This document shows, piece after piece, positions 27,803 through 41,975 of a stretch of DNA of 64,000 bases. The DNA lies in NCBI GenBank assembly GCA_964016885.1, contig OZ024742.1, positions 265,360,001-265,424,000 on the forward strand, given 5' to 3'. Numbering within the stretch: the stretch's first letter is position 1; the number at the start of each line of letters is the position of its first letter. Origin of the DNA: Eledone cirrhosa (lineage: Eukaryota). A program made the translations under genes and the position numbers. Below the pieces are notes generated by a model. It ran no database searches. It was not told the DNA's origin and saw nothing but the letters and a program-made list of their open reading frames with translations.

Positions 27803-28123
27803 AGAAAAACATTAGTTATATTTATTTTCAGTCTCCTTTCAATTCTCTATCTTAACTCCCGCTGTTCCAGTCCCGTGTACTGAGATTTAATTGCAGTAAA
27901 ACACCGGGTAAATTTGTACTTTAAACCATATTTACCATATTTCTATCGCCATTAAAATACCAGCATCTCAGATATTATTGCAATGACAGACTCACATTAA
28001 ACCAATGAAATAAAATAAACTTCAGAATACCCAAACCATGTCATTTAGCATTTATTTTTTTTATGTTTACATTATTTTATTTTATGTGATTTCTATTAAC
28101 ATATTATTATTATTATTATTATT

Positions 28124-28158
<35 letters not shown>

Positions 28159-28304
28159 CGTCGTCGTCATCATCATCATCATTATTTTGTAGTAACTCAT
28201 TTACTTTGACAGAATGTAACATTAACAAGTTTATATCTCGACATGGGGTACAATGTGTCAAAGTCGATAAAGTAAATAGTATAACAGGTGCAATGCATAC
28301 ATGT

Positions 28305-28336
<32 letters not shown>

Positions 28337-28649
28337 ACACACACACTCATATTCACATACATACATATATACACACATACATATACATACATATACATAC
28401 ATATCATAAAATAACATACCATAGCATACCATATATATATATATATATATACATATTTGATATACATAGAAAAAATGAAAAGAGCTTTTAACTTCTAATG
28501 GAATCATACGGGTGCTGTCCTGGCATAGGGTGTGTTTTGGGCATTTCAAACCTGGCGGAGCCCATTATTCTCTAGCTAGGAACATAGTCGATTTCTTCAC
28601 ACACACGCACACAAGCGCGCGCGCACGCACACACACACGCACACACACA

Positions 28650-28719
<70 letters not shown>

Positions 28720-28769
28720 CACACACACACACACGTACACACACGTACACACACATATACACATACACA

Positions 28770-29975
28770 TAGGACCAGATTTAAACTTTGTGGGGCCCGT
28801 GGCACTTCAGGTAATATGCCCTCTCATACACAAAATTATAACCACAAAATTACATATTACTCTTGCTTACTACATGTAATTTGATTTGACAAGTTATACA
28901 TACAAATGTTGAATGCAAAAGCAATAAAAACATACCAGTAATATATAAATGTAAATAGATAAAGACATAAACGTTAAATGAAAATATGCATAATATATTG
29001 GCAATACGTAAATGATAAATGTACTGCCTAGTGTCGGTGCTGCCACAGAGACTAACAAATATACTAAAAACTTAGGCCAAAACGCACCAAATCCACAATA
29101 TTAAGGTTAAATTTATATGTTAATGTAAATCTTTAAACTTAATACAGTAAGTTATACATATTTATAGTGATGTACATCACTACAAGACCTACAAAATGTC
29201 TTTCTTTCTACAATCGGCATCTGGAAAACCTTTAATGAAATCATCAATTTCAGAACACAGCTCTCTACATCCAGTAACCACTGAGCACTTTGTATTTGGT
29301 GTGTCATAGTATTCTCGGAGAAATGTTTACGAGTGCTAATTTGCTGGGTGATGTCTGTCCTGAACACTTAGTAACTGCTTCAGCACTTGGAAACGTATAA
29401 CGAAGCCATTCTTCATTAAAAGATTGTTGTGGTGTGTGAGCCATGACCTGATCTTAGTAAAGGCTGCAAAATTTCTTCCATCACCACATAACTCAACTCA
29501 TAGGAGAAAACAGTGACAAGTTTCTCAGTTTCAGTTCTTACTTTTGTATCAGGTAAACTACATAAGTTTACTATGACTTTGAACTAATCTGCATTTTTGC
29601 AAGGCGCAGGTAACTGATCTAAAATGGTATTAAGTCATTAAGAGTCCTGCATATGAGCTTTTCTTCTAGGGAATGATGTTGGATTTGCATTATCATTCTG
29701 ACCTACCTTCTGTTGCTTTGTAGTTGGTGATGCCTAAAAAGTTTCAACACTTCAGACATATCCCGACGTGATTTTAGAAACTTTTCTGGAGAATCTATTA
29801 GATCAATCATTCCATTCAGATCAGCTTCAACATGCTTGAGAGAGCCAAAAAGCTGGAAGATCAAATACTTTTTTAACAACTTCCCAGAAACATATCACAC
29901 AAAATCTATTAACTGGTCAACATAAGCCAGCTCAGTAGTCAAATCTACGGAAACTGAGAAGTACCGTACTTGTTG
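28770..29975 (-). mobile_element. hAT-superfamily DNA transposon remnant, internally deleted
   Basis: Minus strand YFSVSVDLTTELAYVDQL (first catalytic D region) and LRYTFPS.. (dimerisation-domain-like); end taggaccagattta...tgtggggccc resembles hAT termini. Confidence 0.55.
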
Positions 29976-30299
29976 GTGTATAAAACCCCCTCCCTATTTC
30001 AACAGAAAATATTAAGAAAAAAAATATTAGCCTAACAGATACTTGAATTTGCACATAAGACTCATGTCATTTTTCTAGCCATTTTTAGTTGGAAAGGTGA
30101 TCTGATATGCTATCAAATCCCATACTTGGATACTATTTCTGCCACAATATGAGGCAAACGTATTATCTCAGGACAATAAGAACAAAACATTGGATCACTA
30201 TGTCTGGCTAATTAATTTTATACATTTCCAAATAAATAATTAATAACATTACAAATACTCACAAAGTTAACTTAAAAACCATTGATGATTACATAAATA

Positions 30300-30830
30300 T
30301 GAAAAAGAAAGATAAACTTAAAATGAAGTAATGGAAAAATGGGGAGGGGGTAAATAAAGGCAGATCAGGCTGTATGGGAAAGTAGAAGAAAGAATTATAG
30401 AAGCCATGAGAGGAAGAGGAGGGGAAAACAAAGTCTCTAAGGCTACAGAAGAAAAGAAAGGCGCAGCGGTTTGGGGGCTGTTCCCCGCCCCACGGACAAT
30501 AGCCAGTGGCACCCGCTGCAACAGCCACCCCACCTGACGGTGCACCTTCCTCAGACGGGCTGCTGACGTTCCGATCTTGCGGAGGAGCTCGGCAGTACGG
30601 GAACGACTGAGGTCTCGACGGCGACCGGTGCGAAGAGGAAGCGGCCGGACAATCCCCGGTATTGGTTTGTCTTCCAGTCCTCTGCAAGGGGTTTGTGGCC
30701 GAAGTGACTAAGTTGGAGGCGGAGAACGCGTCACTACATGTGGAGTCTCAGGTGGGGGATCTACCTCCTTCGAATAGGAAGAGGGTAATTCCGTCTGGGT
30801 GCTTGCCGTCTCCACGGTAGAGGCCTGCAC
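30300..30830 (+). mobile_element. GC-rich fragment, possibly ORF1 region of a Tx1/L1-type LINE
   Basis: GC-rich low-complexity coding-like block upstream of the decayed LINE; assignment is positional only. Confidence 0.3.
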
Positions 30831-30834
30831 TTTG

Positions 30835-32125
30835 TTTCATTATGAACTTCCGGGAGTTTCTAATGGGTAGGCTTTGGTCTTGTATTGCAATTAGAAATCC
30901 TTACGTCTCAGCTTTTAGTCCAGTGCTTCGGAGCCAGTTTTGTGTGTTTTCTTTGTCTACTTCTTTTCTATTTAGCTCTTTTGGATATTGGACATGTAAG
31001 GATTTCTCTTGCCATCATTTTAATATGGCATTCTGGCGGTCAGTTTTCAATTTAAATGTTATGTCTAACACAATTTCTGTTGTTTTCTTCTTTGTTTTCA
31101 TTTTCCTCACAATTATCTGTTAGGTCAGTTTCTGATTTGAATTTTTTGGCTTCCATGAAGAGCGAGAAGAGTTTTTTGTTTTGTTCATGTTTTGTGACTA
31201 TTTGTATTGGCTTTCTTTGTTTTTTATTAGGTGTTTTTGTAGTCCTACAGTAGTTATTTTATAAAAGTTTTCTAGTTGCATAAGGCCCCTTTCTCCTTGT
31301 GTTCTTGGTAGTTATAATCTTTTAACGTCTGATTTTGGATGGTGTATTCTAAATGTGGTCATTATTTTTCTTGTTTTTCTATCTATTCCAGCTAGTTCTT
31401 TTAGTACCAGTACATAATATTAAAGCTATACCTCATTACTGGCATTTCTAAAGTGCTGATGGCAATCATCGAATCGACTTTTGTTGGTTAACACTCTGTG
31501 TGTCTTTTATGGCTGGAGTTTGTTGTGTGTTGTTGTTTACTTTATCTATTTGGGGTTTGTCGGTTTTTACTTCACATTTTAAATAATCTGTATGTTTATG
31601 TTCGTTGATTATTTTGTTATCATTATTTGCGTTTTCGTTATGAATTTATTCTTTTAGTTGTTCGATTTCCGTTTCTGATATTGTTTTTGTTTTTAAAATA
31701 TATCACCTTAAATTTGCTAGTTTGTTAGGGTCAAGTATTTACCCAGAATGTTGGTTGCTTTTCTGCCAGATTTTATGTGTTGTTGTGTTATCGATTTTAG
31801 GGTATAATGTTGCCGTAAAGTACGCGTGTATGATTGAAGCATATTCCTCAGTTGTCCATTATTGTCTTTTTGATTTTATTAGTGCTATTGAGTGTTAGAG
31901 TCCGGCCCATTCTTTAGATCATTATAATTTTTTATGGATATCGGCTTTTGTGCTTCTCCTGGCTTTGTACGTTTTTGTGCGCATTGGTTTCCGTACAATT
32001 TTTTCCTTAAGTTCAAAGAACTAACGTCTATACATCTGTGTGGTTGTTTTGTGTATATTTTTCGTTGTGTTTATAATACAGGCATTTGTAATGCAATCAA
32101 CCAATTTTGTTGCTTACATGTATCA
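30835..32125 (-). mobile_element. R4/Dong-type element lacking the RT core
   Basis: N-terminal WTTEEYASIIHAYF and DPNKLANLR..ISETEIEQLK followed closely by post-RT KELAGIDRKTRKIMT..HPKSDV and WQEKSLH...LKAET*GFLIAIQDQ. Confidence 0.72.
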
Positions 32126-32127
32126 TA

Positions 32128-35100
32128 GACCCAGAATGTAAGTTATGGTGCTGGACGTGACTAGCAGCGAAGGCTATGATTTTAGGCTCGTGGCTCTTTA
32201 TGCCCCGACAGGGGCAGGACGCCCTGATTTCTTCAGGTGACTGAAGACGTTCCTAGGAACGTCCCGCTCTTTAATGTTAGTACGCGATTGGGACAGGATC
32301 TTGGATGCACGCTGGGATTGTGTGGGATTAGTGGATAGGGGAGGAGGGTGGAATAGACTCGAAAACCTGCTCAGACGTAAGGAAATAGATAGTTCTAGCA
32401 TAAGTTCTCCACAATTCAAGATAGTCGACTACCACAAATTCTTGATCTGTGTGGTCGACCTAGATAGGCTTCATAGACAAGGACCAGGCTACTGGAAGCT
32501 AAACGCGTTGCTCAAGACACGAAAAGGCTACAGAGATTTTATTAGTGAGCTAGTTAAGCGGGCGTTGACGAGGGCAGTCGTCAACAACAAATGGTGGATC
32601 GCCCAGAAAAGGGCGATTAGAATGGAGTCCATAGTAAGGGGTTAGCAATAGAGAAAAATTAGACGAGGCGCTTAGTAAAGGCATCGCAACCGGCCTGCTT
32701 GCGGCGAAATTGGCCCTCGACCAATTCTTCGCACGAAGGCTACGTTGTCAGAGCTAGGGCGCGTGCTCTCAGACACGAGGAGACGAAAGCCGTTCGGTGG
32801 GCCCGAGTCGCGGAGGCGCATCGTGGCAACAAAGCCACGATCCGGTCTTTGCACGACCATGTCGGGTGCATGTTACTCGATCTCGGGCAGATGTGTGCGG
32901 CTTTGCAGCAGCACTTTCCTCTGATGTTCGGGGGGCAGCGGCGGGACGGATCGCGGGATGGACTTTAGTGCCTACCTCGATGGTCTGTCGCGGCTCTCGG
33001 CCACTGAGGCGGAGTATTGCGAAAAGCTGATAGCAGCCACTGCAGTTCAGTAGGCAATGATTGACTTCACGATGAGTAGATCGCTTGGTTTGGATGGTCT
33101 GCCCTACGGTCTTTACGAATACATACCACACTTGTTCGGCGACTTCTTGGTGGACGTCTACAGCAACTGGCAGCAGAACGGGAGAATTCCCAGCTCTGTG
33201 AGCCGAGAAGTGGTGGTGCTGCTGATAAAGGACCTGAAACAAGGGGGACAACATAGATATTTTCAAGCCCATAACACTGCTAAATGCAGAGTTCAAGATT
33301 TTGGTCGAGGAGCTAGCTTTTCTTTGGTGGTCAGGTGGGAGAGGCGCAGACATTCCAGATAATTCTACCCACAACAACCTTTACCTCATAGGATTTATTG
33401 TGTAGAGGGTAGCTAGGTAACCTGGCACGGGTGGGACCTTGGTCAATTTAGATCAGCCGAAAGCTTTCAATAGAGTCGACCATCGTTATGTAACGAGGGT
33501 CCTTATGGCGGCTGGCTTTAGGCTTGATCGCTGCCATGAGTAACCGGTCACCTTTCGGAACCGTTAAAAATCATGCGCTCGGTCCACCAAGGATGTCTCC
33601 TCTCGTCCCTGTTGTGTGTATTGTCTCTCGAGCCATTACTGCACAAACTGGAGGCGTTGAGGGGCGTCCCGCGCGAACTGAGATGCGGGATAACCGTGTC
33701 AGCATATGCCGACAGTGTCACCATAGTGGTGTCGGGCGCCAAATACATCGAGGCGATCAACAAAACTCTAAGAGAATACGAGGTCACAGGAGCAATGATT
33801 AACCAAGAAAAGTCAGTGAATCTGCGGCTCGGCACCTGGAGAGTCAGGTCAATGCCGTCGGGCGCTGGACGGACGAAGCGGTTAAATTTCAAGGGGTCTA
33901 GTACGGTCCGGACCTCCAGACGGACAAAAGCTGGGACGAGGAGACGAGCAGGGTGGCCTCTGTCACCCAGAAATGGGCCGAAAGGAAGCTTTCCTTGAAA
34001 AGTCGAGAGGAGGTGGTGAATGCGTACATTGCATCCGTCATCTGCTACTGACTGACCACCGTGCCTTGTTCTAAGCTCACCTGACAGCACAGGAGCGTCT
34101 GCCCTTTCGCTTTTTGTGGAAGAAATGCGCTCCGATGGTCAGGTGGTCCATCTGCTGTCAACACCCACTACATGGAGGGCTGGGTAAGCCGTGGCTGATG
34201 ATGTGCAAGCATGTGCTCAGGCTACGGCATCTCCACCTCTTCCTCGACGGTGAACACGAGTGTTCGCCGTTTGCTAGACGTTTTTCCCCAGCTCGTCTCC
34301 TTGACCGAGCTGCAGTCCTGGGTCAAGCGAAGACCAAGAGGGAGCACTTGGAGAGTGTAACATCTTCAGGCGCTCACAGCGCTCAGCCAATCGACCACTG
34401 CAATCGGGGGAACACTACCTTTGCGCTCTATAGAGGGTTAGTGGAGGGCAAGAGCGACCGTGTCCTTGAGCAGACTCTGAGCATCGATGAAAATCAACTA
34501 GCCAATCTACCGAGGAGCTTTGCCAGTTCGGGATAAACTCTACAGGCATGGAATTGCCGACAGCCGGACCTGTCCGAGATGCGCGCAGGACGACGAAACC
34601 GTCCTGCGCGCAATCGTCCAGTGTCCGAGCATTGCTGACTTGTGGGTTTATGTTGAACACCTGCTGTCGCGTGTAAGACAGATCCGGCTATCAGCTGAGT
34701 CCATTGTGAAGATTGCCCCGCCGCCTTCCTTTAGCTGGGAAGGGAAGGCAGTTTTTATGTGCCTGGTGGCCATGGTGAAAGAGGTCGTATGGTGGACGCG
34801 TTGAAAAGGCTGAAGATGAACATTTACCTCTTCGGTGATGCCCTGATTAACTTTTTCAAATTTCATTTGAATAGAAAAATCAGGGTGGAGAAGGAAATGC
34901 TCCCTTCCCAAAACTTTGTTGAAAGATGGGTGAGAGAAGCGAGCATGGCCCGAGTGAATGGGCCTGCTCTGAGTATGCACCTGTAGACTGGAGGTGGAAA
35001 ACTGGGAGAGGTCACTTGTTCTGGTGGTCAGAATCACCGAGGTTTTTTGTTGGCTTTCTCCACGAGTGACGTTCGGAAGTTTCCCCCCCACCTATTGGGG

Positions 35101-35260
35101 AATTTTTTCTTTGTTTTCATTTTTTTGTTACATCCTTTGTTTTTGTTTATATATATATAATTTTTTTTTTTACATGCAGAAATACCCGTTTGTACTTTCT
35201 TGTACCGTCCTGTGTTGTCCTTAACGTTATACTTTATGTCAACCCTTGTGGTTAATAAAA
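32128..35260 (+). mobile_element. Decayed 5'-truncated copy of the L1/Tx1-type LINE at 59401-64000
   Basis: Colinear nucleotide similarity to 61384 onward; SAYADS, C-terminal CPRC...VQC zinc-finger region, 3' UTR ending aataaaaa. Confidence 0.92.
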
Positions 35261-35271
35261 AGTGGTCTAAG

Positions 35272-35572
35272 CTCAAATCCCGCCATGGTTAACTTTGCCT
35301 TTCGTCCTTACGGGGTCAAAAAAATAAAGTACCAGTAATGCACTGGAATAATTGCTGGTCTTTAGCCAAAACCATTATCATGCGGTGGATTGGCAGTATC
35401 GGTAGAGGGGCGGACGCCATGCTCTGACGCATAGAGTTACCGTCCTTGCCATTCTGAGTTCAAATCCTGTCGAGGTTAACTTTGCCTTTCATCCTCACGG
35501 TGTCGATAAAATAAAGTACCAGTAAAGCACTGGGTGATTTGCTGGCCTTGTACCAAAAGTAGAAACAATTAT
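35272..35572 (+). mobile_element. Two tandem SINE copies
   Basis: Truncated copy 35272-35378 and near-full copy 35382-35572 of the main SINE. Confidence 0.88.
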
Positions 35573-35823
35573 AAAATATTATTGATGGCGTCGAAAGGAT
35601 AAGACGTTACGAGACTGCGAGAGAAAAGGTTCGTAATTTTATGTTGTTTTAAAGTGTTATTTAGTGATTTTTTTTTGTTTGATAGGATATCCATCTTAGC
35701 CCCGAGGAAATTTATTTTTAAAAACTTTGAAAAATTATTTTCCTACAAAAAAAAAGCATGAAAAAGTTTCAACCAGAACCTGTAAACAACTTCCAGTTCA
35801 AAAGGTCAAACACCAATTCGAAA

Positions 35824-35848
35824 GCTGCTGCTGCTGCTGCTGATGCTG

Positions 35849-35907
<59 letters not shown>

Positions 35908-35917
35908 GCTACTACTG

Positions 35918-35995
<78 letters not shown>
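35824..35995. repeat. (GCT)n-(ACT)n microsatellite
   Basis: Seen directly. Confidence 0.97.
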
Positions 35996-35996
<1 letters not shown>

Positions 35997-36308
35997 ACAC
36001 CACCACCAATTTTCTGACATTCAGCAGCACAGACCACAGCCATATCACGCAAGTGAAGAGTATAATAAACAACATTAAACTTTATACTTTACCACCTCCG
36101 ACCACTGTCACCACCACTGCCGTTACCACCACCACAACAACAAGTCAGTTTGGCTGACCAATGTGGTCACCACCCTCGAAGGTGGTCTGCTAAACTGCCA
36201 ACAACCGGCCCTCTTGATCGCCTTCGAGTCAAACATGTTTATGTTTTTTTTTATAGCCTCTTGGATTGTGTTAACCATTATTACTTTATTATATGAATAT
36301 TATACAAT

Positions 36309-36370
36309 AAACACCAGATGATGTCACCAGGATCTTACGGAACCTAGCCACTGAAATGTACATAGTGTTT
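36309..36370 (+). ncRNA. Degenerate hammerhead motif
   Basis: aaacac-CAGATGA-...-GAAA-tgtaca-TA-gtgttt; perfect stem I and palindromic stem III, one core change, poor stem II. Confidence 0.6.
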
Positions 36371-36425
36371 GCTATAATAAATCTTTGAAGGAATTTCACC
36401 AGTCCGGCCTCCTGTCATTTTGCTC

Positions 36426-36568
36426 AATAATAATTGTTTCTACTTTTGGCACAAGGCCAGCAATTACCCAGTGCATTACTGGTACTTTATTTTATCGACC
36501 CCGTAAGGATGAAAGACAAAGTTAACCTCGGCTGGATTTGAACTCAGACCATAAAGGGCCGTAACTCT
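36426..36568 (-). mobile_element. SINE, 5'-truncated
   Basis: Reverse complement of the main SINE body and tail. Confidence 0.85.
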
Positions 36569-36728
36569 TTTAACTCCGTTCTCGCACCACCAACAAGATT
36601 AAACATCAAAGATGGATGAGTTGCATAACGTCGAGTGCTTTTCCTAATATTACATCACGGTTGGCTATACGGAATGACCAGTTCTATCCAGTGGTGAACC
36701 ACCAAACTTAAGTGTATATATATATATA

Positions 36729-36838
<110 letters not shown>

Positions 36839-37190
36839 TGCAATTATTTGTTCTATAATCCCTACGCGGTCGAGTGAAAATAGCTAAAACGAACTGCTAT
36901 TTCTAGCAACACAGTTTACTTACGAACAGTCTATTGATTACTTCCCTTCTTGTGAACTATACACCATGTGATTGTTGTCCCTTTTAAAAAATCGTTGGGA
37001 GTGGTCACTAGAAATTTCTCATGGCATGAGAAGTTTTCCTGAGGAGTCCCATTCTCCTAGCCTTATATGCTAAATTATTAGAATATTTAGGCTAGCCGTA
37101 GGGTCAAAACTGCAGTTTCAATCAAGAAGTATTTTTGGGTAGTTTTTTAAATCTTAATTACTTTACCTATTAATAATTATATGTGTGTGC

Positions 37191-37227
<37 letters not shown>

Positions 37228-37228
<1 letters not shown>

Positions 37229-37270
37229 TCTGATGAACCCTGCAATTATGCAAGGACGAAACACTGTCAG
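37228..37270 (+). ncRNA. Hammerhead motif truncated at (TA)n
   Basis: ct-CTGATGA-accctgca-atta-tgcaaggac-GAAA-cact-GTC-ag. Confidence 0.65.
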
Positions 37271-38315
37271 CAAATAAAGATTAATTGATGATGTAAGCGC
37301 TCTTTGTTTTTGTTCCATATATATATATGCATGTATATATATATATATATATACACACACATACACACAGAACACATATATATACATATATATATATACA
37401 TACATTTATACATGCATACATATATATGTGTGTGTGAGTGCACAAGCATAAATACAGATGCGCTGTTCTCTTTGGTAAAATGACACCGTAATTCAGAGAA
37501 CAGGCTGCTGTCAGTAAATATATAACTTATTTCCTGGTGGATTTAAAAATAAATACTTCTAAAAAAAAGAATACCATGCACAAAAGCACAAAATCAGCAA
37601 CTACCACCTGACTTTCCTTTCACAACCGTTCAATACCGGCAGCACTACAAACATTATTAACACTATCAGCACCACTACTATCATCACCACCAAAATAATA
37701 GAGCCATTACAACCAACATCACTACCATTTATATCCTCCACTCCTATAGCCATTACCAGTACTGCCATCATTTATACCACCCCACAACCACATTCACCAG
37801 CACCAGCGCTCTCAGAGAAATTTAGACGATAGAACAAACTTCTTTCGAGTGTCAGAGGAGAGTGTTCATAAAATCCAAACGGACTATGAGGGTTTTACTT
37901 TTCGGAGAAGCATATCCGATATTCACGGTACCGTCTTTGGCTCTACGAGCCTCGGACCAATGTACGGCGTATCACTGCCAACACCCCGAGGCCTACCACT
38001 GCAAATATGTTTCCACCACATACCACACCACTACCATTACCATCACTAAATAACGCCTACAGTATATACCACCAGCTCTAACACCACCACCACTACACCC
38101 GCTACAATCATTACCTTTCATCCATATATAAACACAGCACCCCATCCCCAAACCAACAACAATAGAGGTAACATTCCAAATACTAAAAGTGCTATGTCAC
38201 GTGATATTACCGGCAATCAGTTAATGTCCAAAATAAAGAAATATTTTGTGGGTATGTATGTACATGTATATGTATGTGTCTGTGTGTGTGTGTGTGTGTT
38301 GTGCATTTACATATA

Positions 38316-38377
<62 letters not shown>

Positions 38378-38799
38378 AATTATTTTCAACATAAACTCTC
38401 TAATGATATCAAAATGTTTTAAAATTTCCAATGTATTTCTTTTTTCTGATATGACTGAGTACCTATATGAAATTGGTAACGATAGATGTAAAAAGCTACT
38501 ACCTTAATATTCTTGGCTAGTATTTAAAAAGAAACCGGTTTAGACTCCTATAACGTTCTAAATTAGGAAGGGTTGACCATTGCTAAACAATTAATAGTTG
38601 ATACGAGTGTCGATACCTCATAGCCAAGGATCTCAAGTTCGTTTAATTAGTAGACTCAGTTCTAGATTGCTAAACTGCCTTAGAACAGGGTTGGAACTAA
38701 TAAGAAAATAGTAGGGAACGTACGTTAGATAAAACAGTAATCTAATACAATACAGTAAGAGCTCGGCGATATCCTTGTTCAAATACATTTCATGTGGAC

Positions 38800-39750
38800 C
38801 TAGGTCTAAGTTAACTCAGTTAGGTATTGTAGAATTTAATCCCTAGATATCTTGACTGCTTCTTGTTAAGGATATAGAGTTCTTACGTAGATTCTTTCCT
38901 TTGAGAGATAATACCCAACTTCCATTACTTAGGATATAAGGTATCTGTCGATATATACCCAGCCAGATCAGATACCTAGATGTCACTCTCGAATAACCAG
39001 ATACAATATATTCCTTAAATCTAATGAGATTTAAATGAGTTGCCATCCCGGTGGTTTTCAAAATTTGATCTCTAATATCAGCTGTAGAATCTCTAATGTC
39101 TACTACAATTTCCATACCTCACAATTTAAAAGATCCCAAAAGACCTAGAAATATTTTTTTTTATTTTACACATCTATTCTCATTTAACGATAGGAGTAAC
39201 ACAGGTAAGAGGCTCATGGATCTAGTGGATAAGCATTTCTCAACAGAATATAGGTGTGGAAAAAGCTTCAGTCAAAATCGTAGTTAAGATAATCTACTCT
39301 TGTGTCCCAAGTATAAGGTCATTTATAACAGCTAGACACAAATTTCTGGAGGATCCAAGATGTTCATGCAGGAAAAAATAAGATTGTATATTGAACGAAG
39401 CTTTCAATATAAAGTTGGGCGTATACTAAGCAGAAGCTATATCACGCGAACAGTGAACAAATTCAATATGTTGGATTAGAAGGAAGATAGTTTAAGAAGA
39501 TATATTACTAATATATCGCATTTTTCAAAATCATTCGAATACGAGGACACTCACGGCTTTGGAAGCAGAAACATAAATCATGTCAAATGGAGAGTCCTTA
39601 AAAAACAAAAATTCTAGATAAACGGATTCGTGAGATGCTGTCTTTGAACAACCGAAAGGAAAGATTTTATGGACAGAAATCATCCAATGTATGCCTTATA
39701 TTCAAGAGTGAAGTTCGTCCCAATGTAGCTTCATTCTGTTTAAATAGCAG
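38800..39750 (+). mobile_element. Old Penelope-like element remnant
   Basis: KRPRNIFFYF...SNTGKRLMDLVDKHF, CSCRKK..C and RCCL motifs parallel the linker/GIY-YIG region of the other PLEs. Confidence 0.65.
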
Positions 39751-39769
39751 ACGGGGGGAATCTATTCTT

Positions 39770-40060
39770 ACCATTTTATAACAAATAAATAGGTCGCAAT
39801 TGAGTTCATAGCTCCAAGGAAAATGCAATTTTTACTTTCGGTTCCAGCTGTAACCACAACTAAAAATATTCTTTTTAAATTTCTTTTTGTTTTTCTTCCA
39901 TTCAATGTTGTTGTTGTTCTGCCCAGCCATATTGTTTGTAGCAAATCTTTGTATATCTCCACGATTTTGCATAAAATGTGATTTCAGAGAATATCATCAG
40001 GGTATATCAATTCATTTAACATGACAGGTAGTTGTGGCATTACTATTGGAGACAATTTAA
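39770..40060 (-). mobile_element. LINE RT remnant (RTE-like)
   Basis: Minus strand LNELIYPDDI (YADD-like), then LNGRKTK. Confidence 0.45.
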
Positions 40061-40409
40061 TGAATAATCTCCCACCCCACATGTGCGACTGCTCGCATCG
40101 AGTGTATGTATGTATGTATGTATGTATGTATGTATGTATGTATGTATGTATGTATGTATGTATGTATATGTTACCGATGATGTGGATATTTTCTTCTTTT
40201 CGGGTTATAGCTACTGTCGCTCAGAGAGTTGGATTGGCTCAGTGCACAGTCTTTCCTCATTAAAAAAAATATCTTCATGCACAGGCATTGCACGATAGAA
40301 TTAATTAATAATTATTAATAATGGTATATCGTGCAATGGCCATACTCGATAACGAGGGGGCAGCCATCATGTATATATATACTTGTGTGTGTAATTTTGC
40401 GTGTGATAT

Positions 40410-41580
40410 GTTTGAATCTGAAATTCATATACTGATTGCGGATTTAGTAAGAGTGATGAGGAACGTGTCCCACATGTGTAAGCCTAAAGAATTAGAGAGA
40501 CGCATACAACACTTCATCCACCGCATGCAGTTCTCTGACTACAATCAGAGAGACAAGATCAGGGTATATAAAGGAGCCAGAACCAAATGGACATAGAAAA
40601 TAATGTAGAAAATGATGCAAATGTAACCTGTCCCATGTCTAGGAGCAAATCTGGAATACAATAGAAAAGATTAGGAATAAGGCAAATAAAATCAACTCAT
40701 GGCATAATAGCAGTAAATACCAGAGGGTAATGTTGGTCAATACAACCCCTAAAGGCGAACTAGGTTATAGATTTAGAAGGACTTTAGATAAGCTCAAATT
40801 AAACATTAAGATAGTTGAAAGACCAGGTATTCCCATAAAAACCCTAATTAGTAAAACATATCCATTTCAAAGAACCCCCTTCACTGATAAGAAATAAATA
40901 GTCTAAGCCCGCAAACTAACTGCAAAACTAGGAACATAGTATATAGCATAAGATGTAGTGAGGGACCGTATAGGAATAAGAGCACAACATACATAGGTGA
41001 AACAGCCCGTAGCATAGGAGAAAGGATAAGTGAACACTGACGAGTACTCCACCAACGTGCCAAAATAGAACATAGGGGCACACTGGAGACATAGAAATAA
41101 AATTCATATCCATACACAGAAAAGATACAATGCACAGACAAATCACAGAGGCGACAAACATAAACGAACTCCAGCCAAAATTAAACAGAAAACATGAGTG
41201 GAATTGCAACATCACAACTAGTAATTAAGGAAAAAATGAAGACATTCAGACAAACACAAAACCAAACCAATAAAACTAATCAGACACACACACACATAAA
41301 ACAAACAACCAGCTAATGACAAGTAAATAAACACATGAATAAATAAATGAATAAATAAATAAAACACACACACGCGGATGTAACACATGCGCGAACCAAC
41401 ACAAAAACAAGATAGTGTATGACAAAACAAAGGAGAGACACAAAATAAAAAGCTAGTCACTGAAGGTGTCACAGAATGTGTGGCGAAAGAGCTTTGACAA
41501 TATATAAACAACCATCCGGTTATCGAACCAGCCAACCAACCAACAAACCAACCGGAAATTTATAATAAATTCAAGGGAAA
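40410..41580 (+). mobile_element. Penelope-like element of a different lineage, 3' part with pLTR
   Basis: HILIADLVRVMRNVS...RMQFSDY; NCKTRNIVYSIRC...YIGETARSIGERISEH (GIY-YIG); HHR-like motif at 41456. Confidence 0.8.
41456..41498 (+). ncRNA. Hammerhead-like motif (family B-related)
   Basis: gtca-CTGAAGG-tgtcac..gtggc-GAAA-gagc-TT-tgac; core A9 changed to G. Confidence 0.65.
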
Positions 41581-41644
41581 ACCAACAGGTGCGTGTGTTT
41601 TTATTGGCAGAATTACCGTCCCAAAGTATAACAATTTATATATC

Positions 41645-41830
41645 TATCTATCTATCTAAGGCGGGTAAAATTCCGGAGATCCATGGACGAGTTCTCTCCA
41701 GCGGTCTCTGTCCCTCATTATCGCTGCCATGTCCTGCGTCTCCAAGAGACCAGTGTCTGTCCTTAGGGCATCAACATACGTTAACCTTGGTCTTCCTCTT
41801 CTAGTGTGTCCATGTAGGGGCTCCCAACAT
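41645..41830 (-). mobile_element. RTE-type LINE 3' tip with (TAGA)n tail
   Basis: WEPLHGHTRRGRPRLTYVDALRTDTG...MRDRDRWR then tagatagataga. Confidence 0.8.
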
Positions 41831-41847
41831 ATGTTTATATATATGTT

Positions 41848-41975
<128 letters not shown>

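Noticed and set aside
37600-38180. Mucin-like Thr/His-rich coding region
   Set aside because: Degenerate (CAC/ACT)n low-complexity sequence with stops and no splice support.
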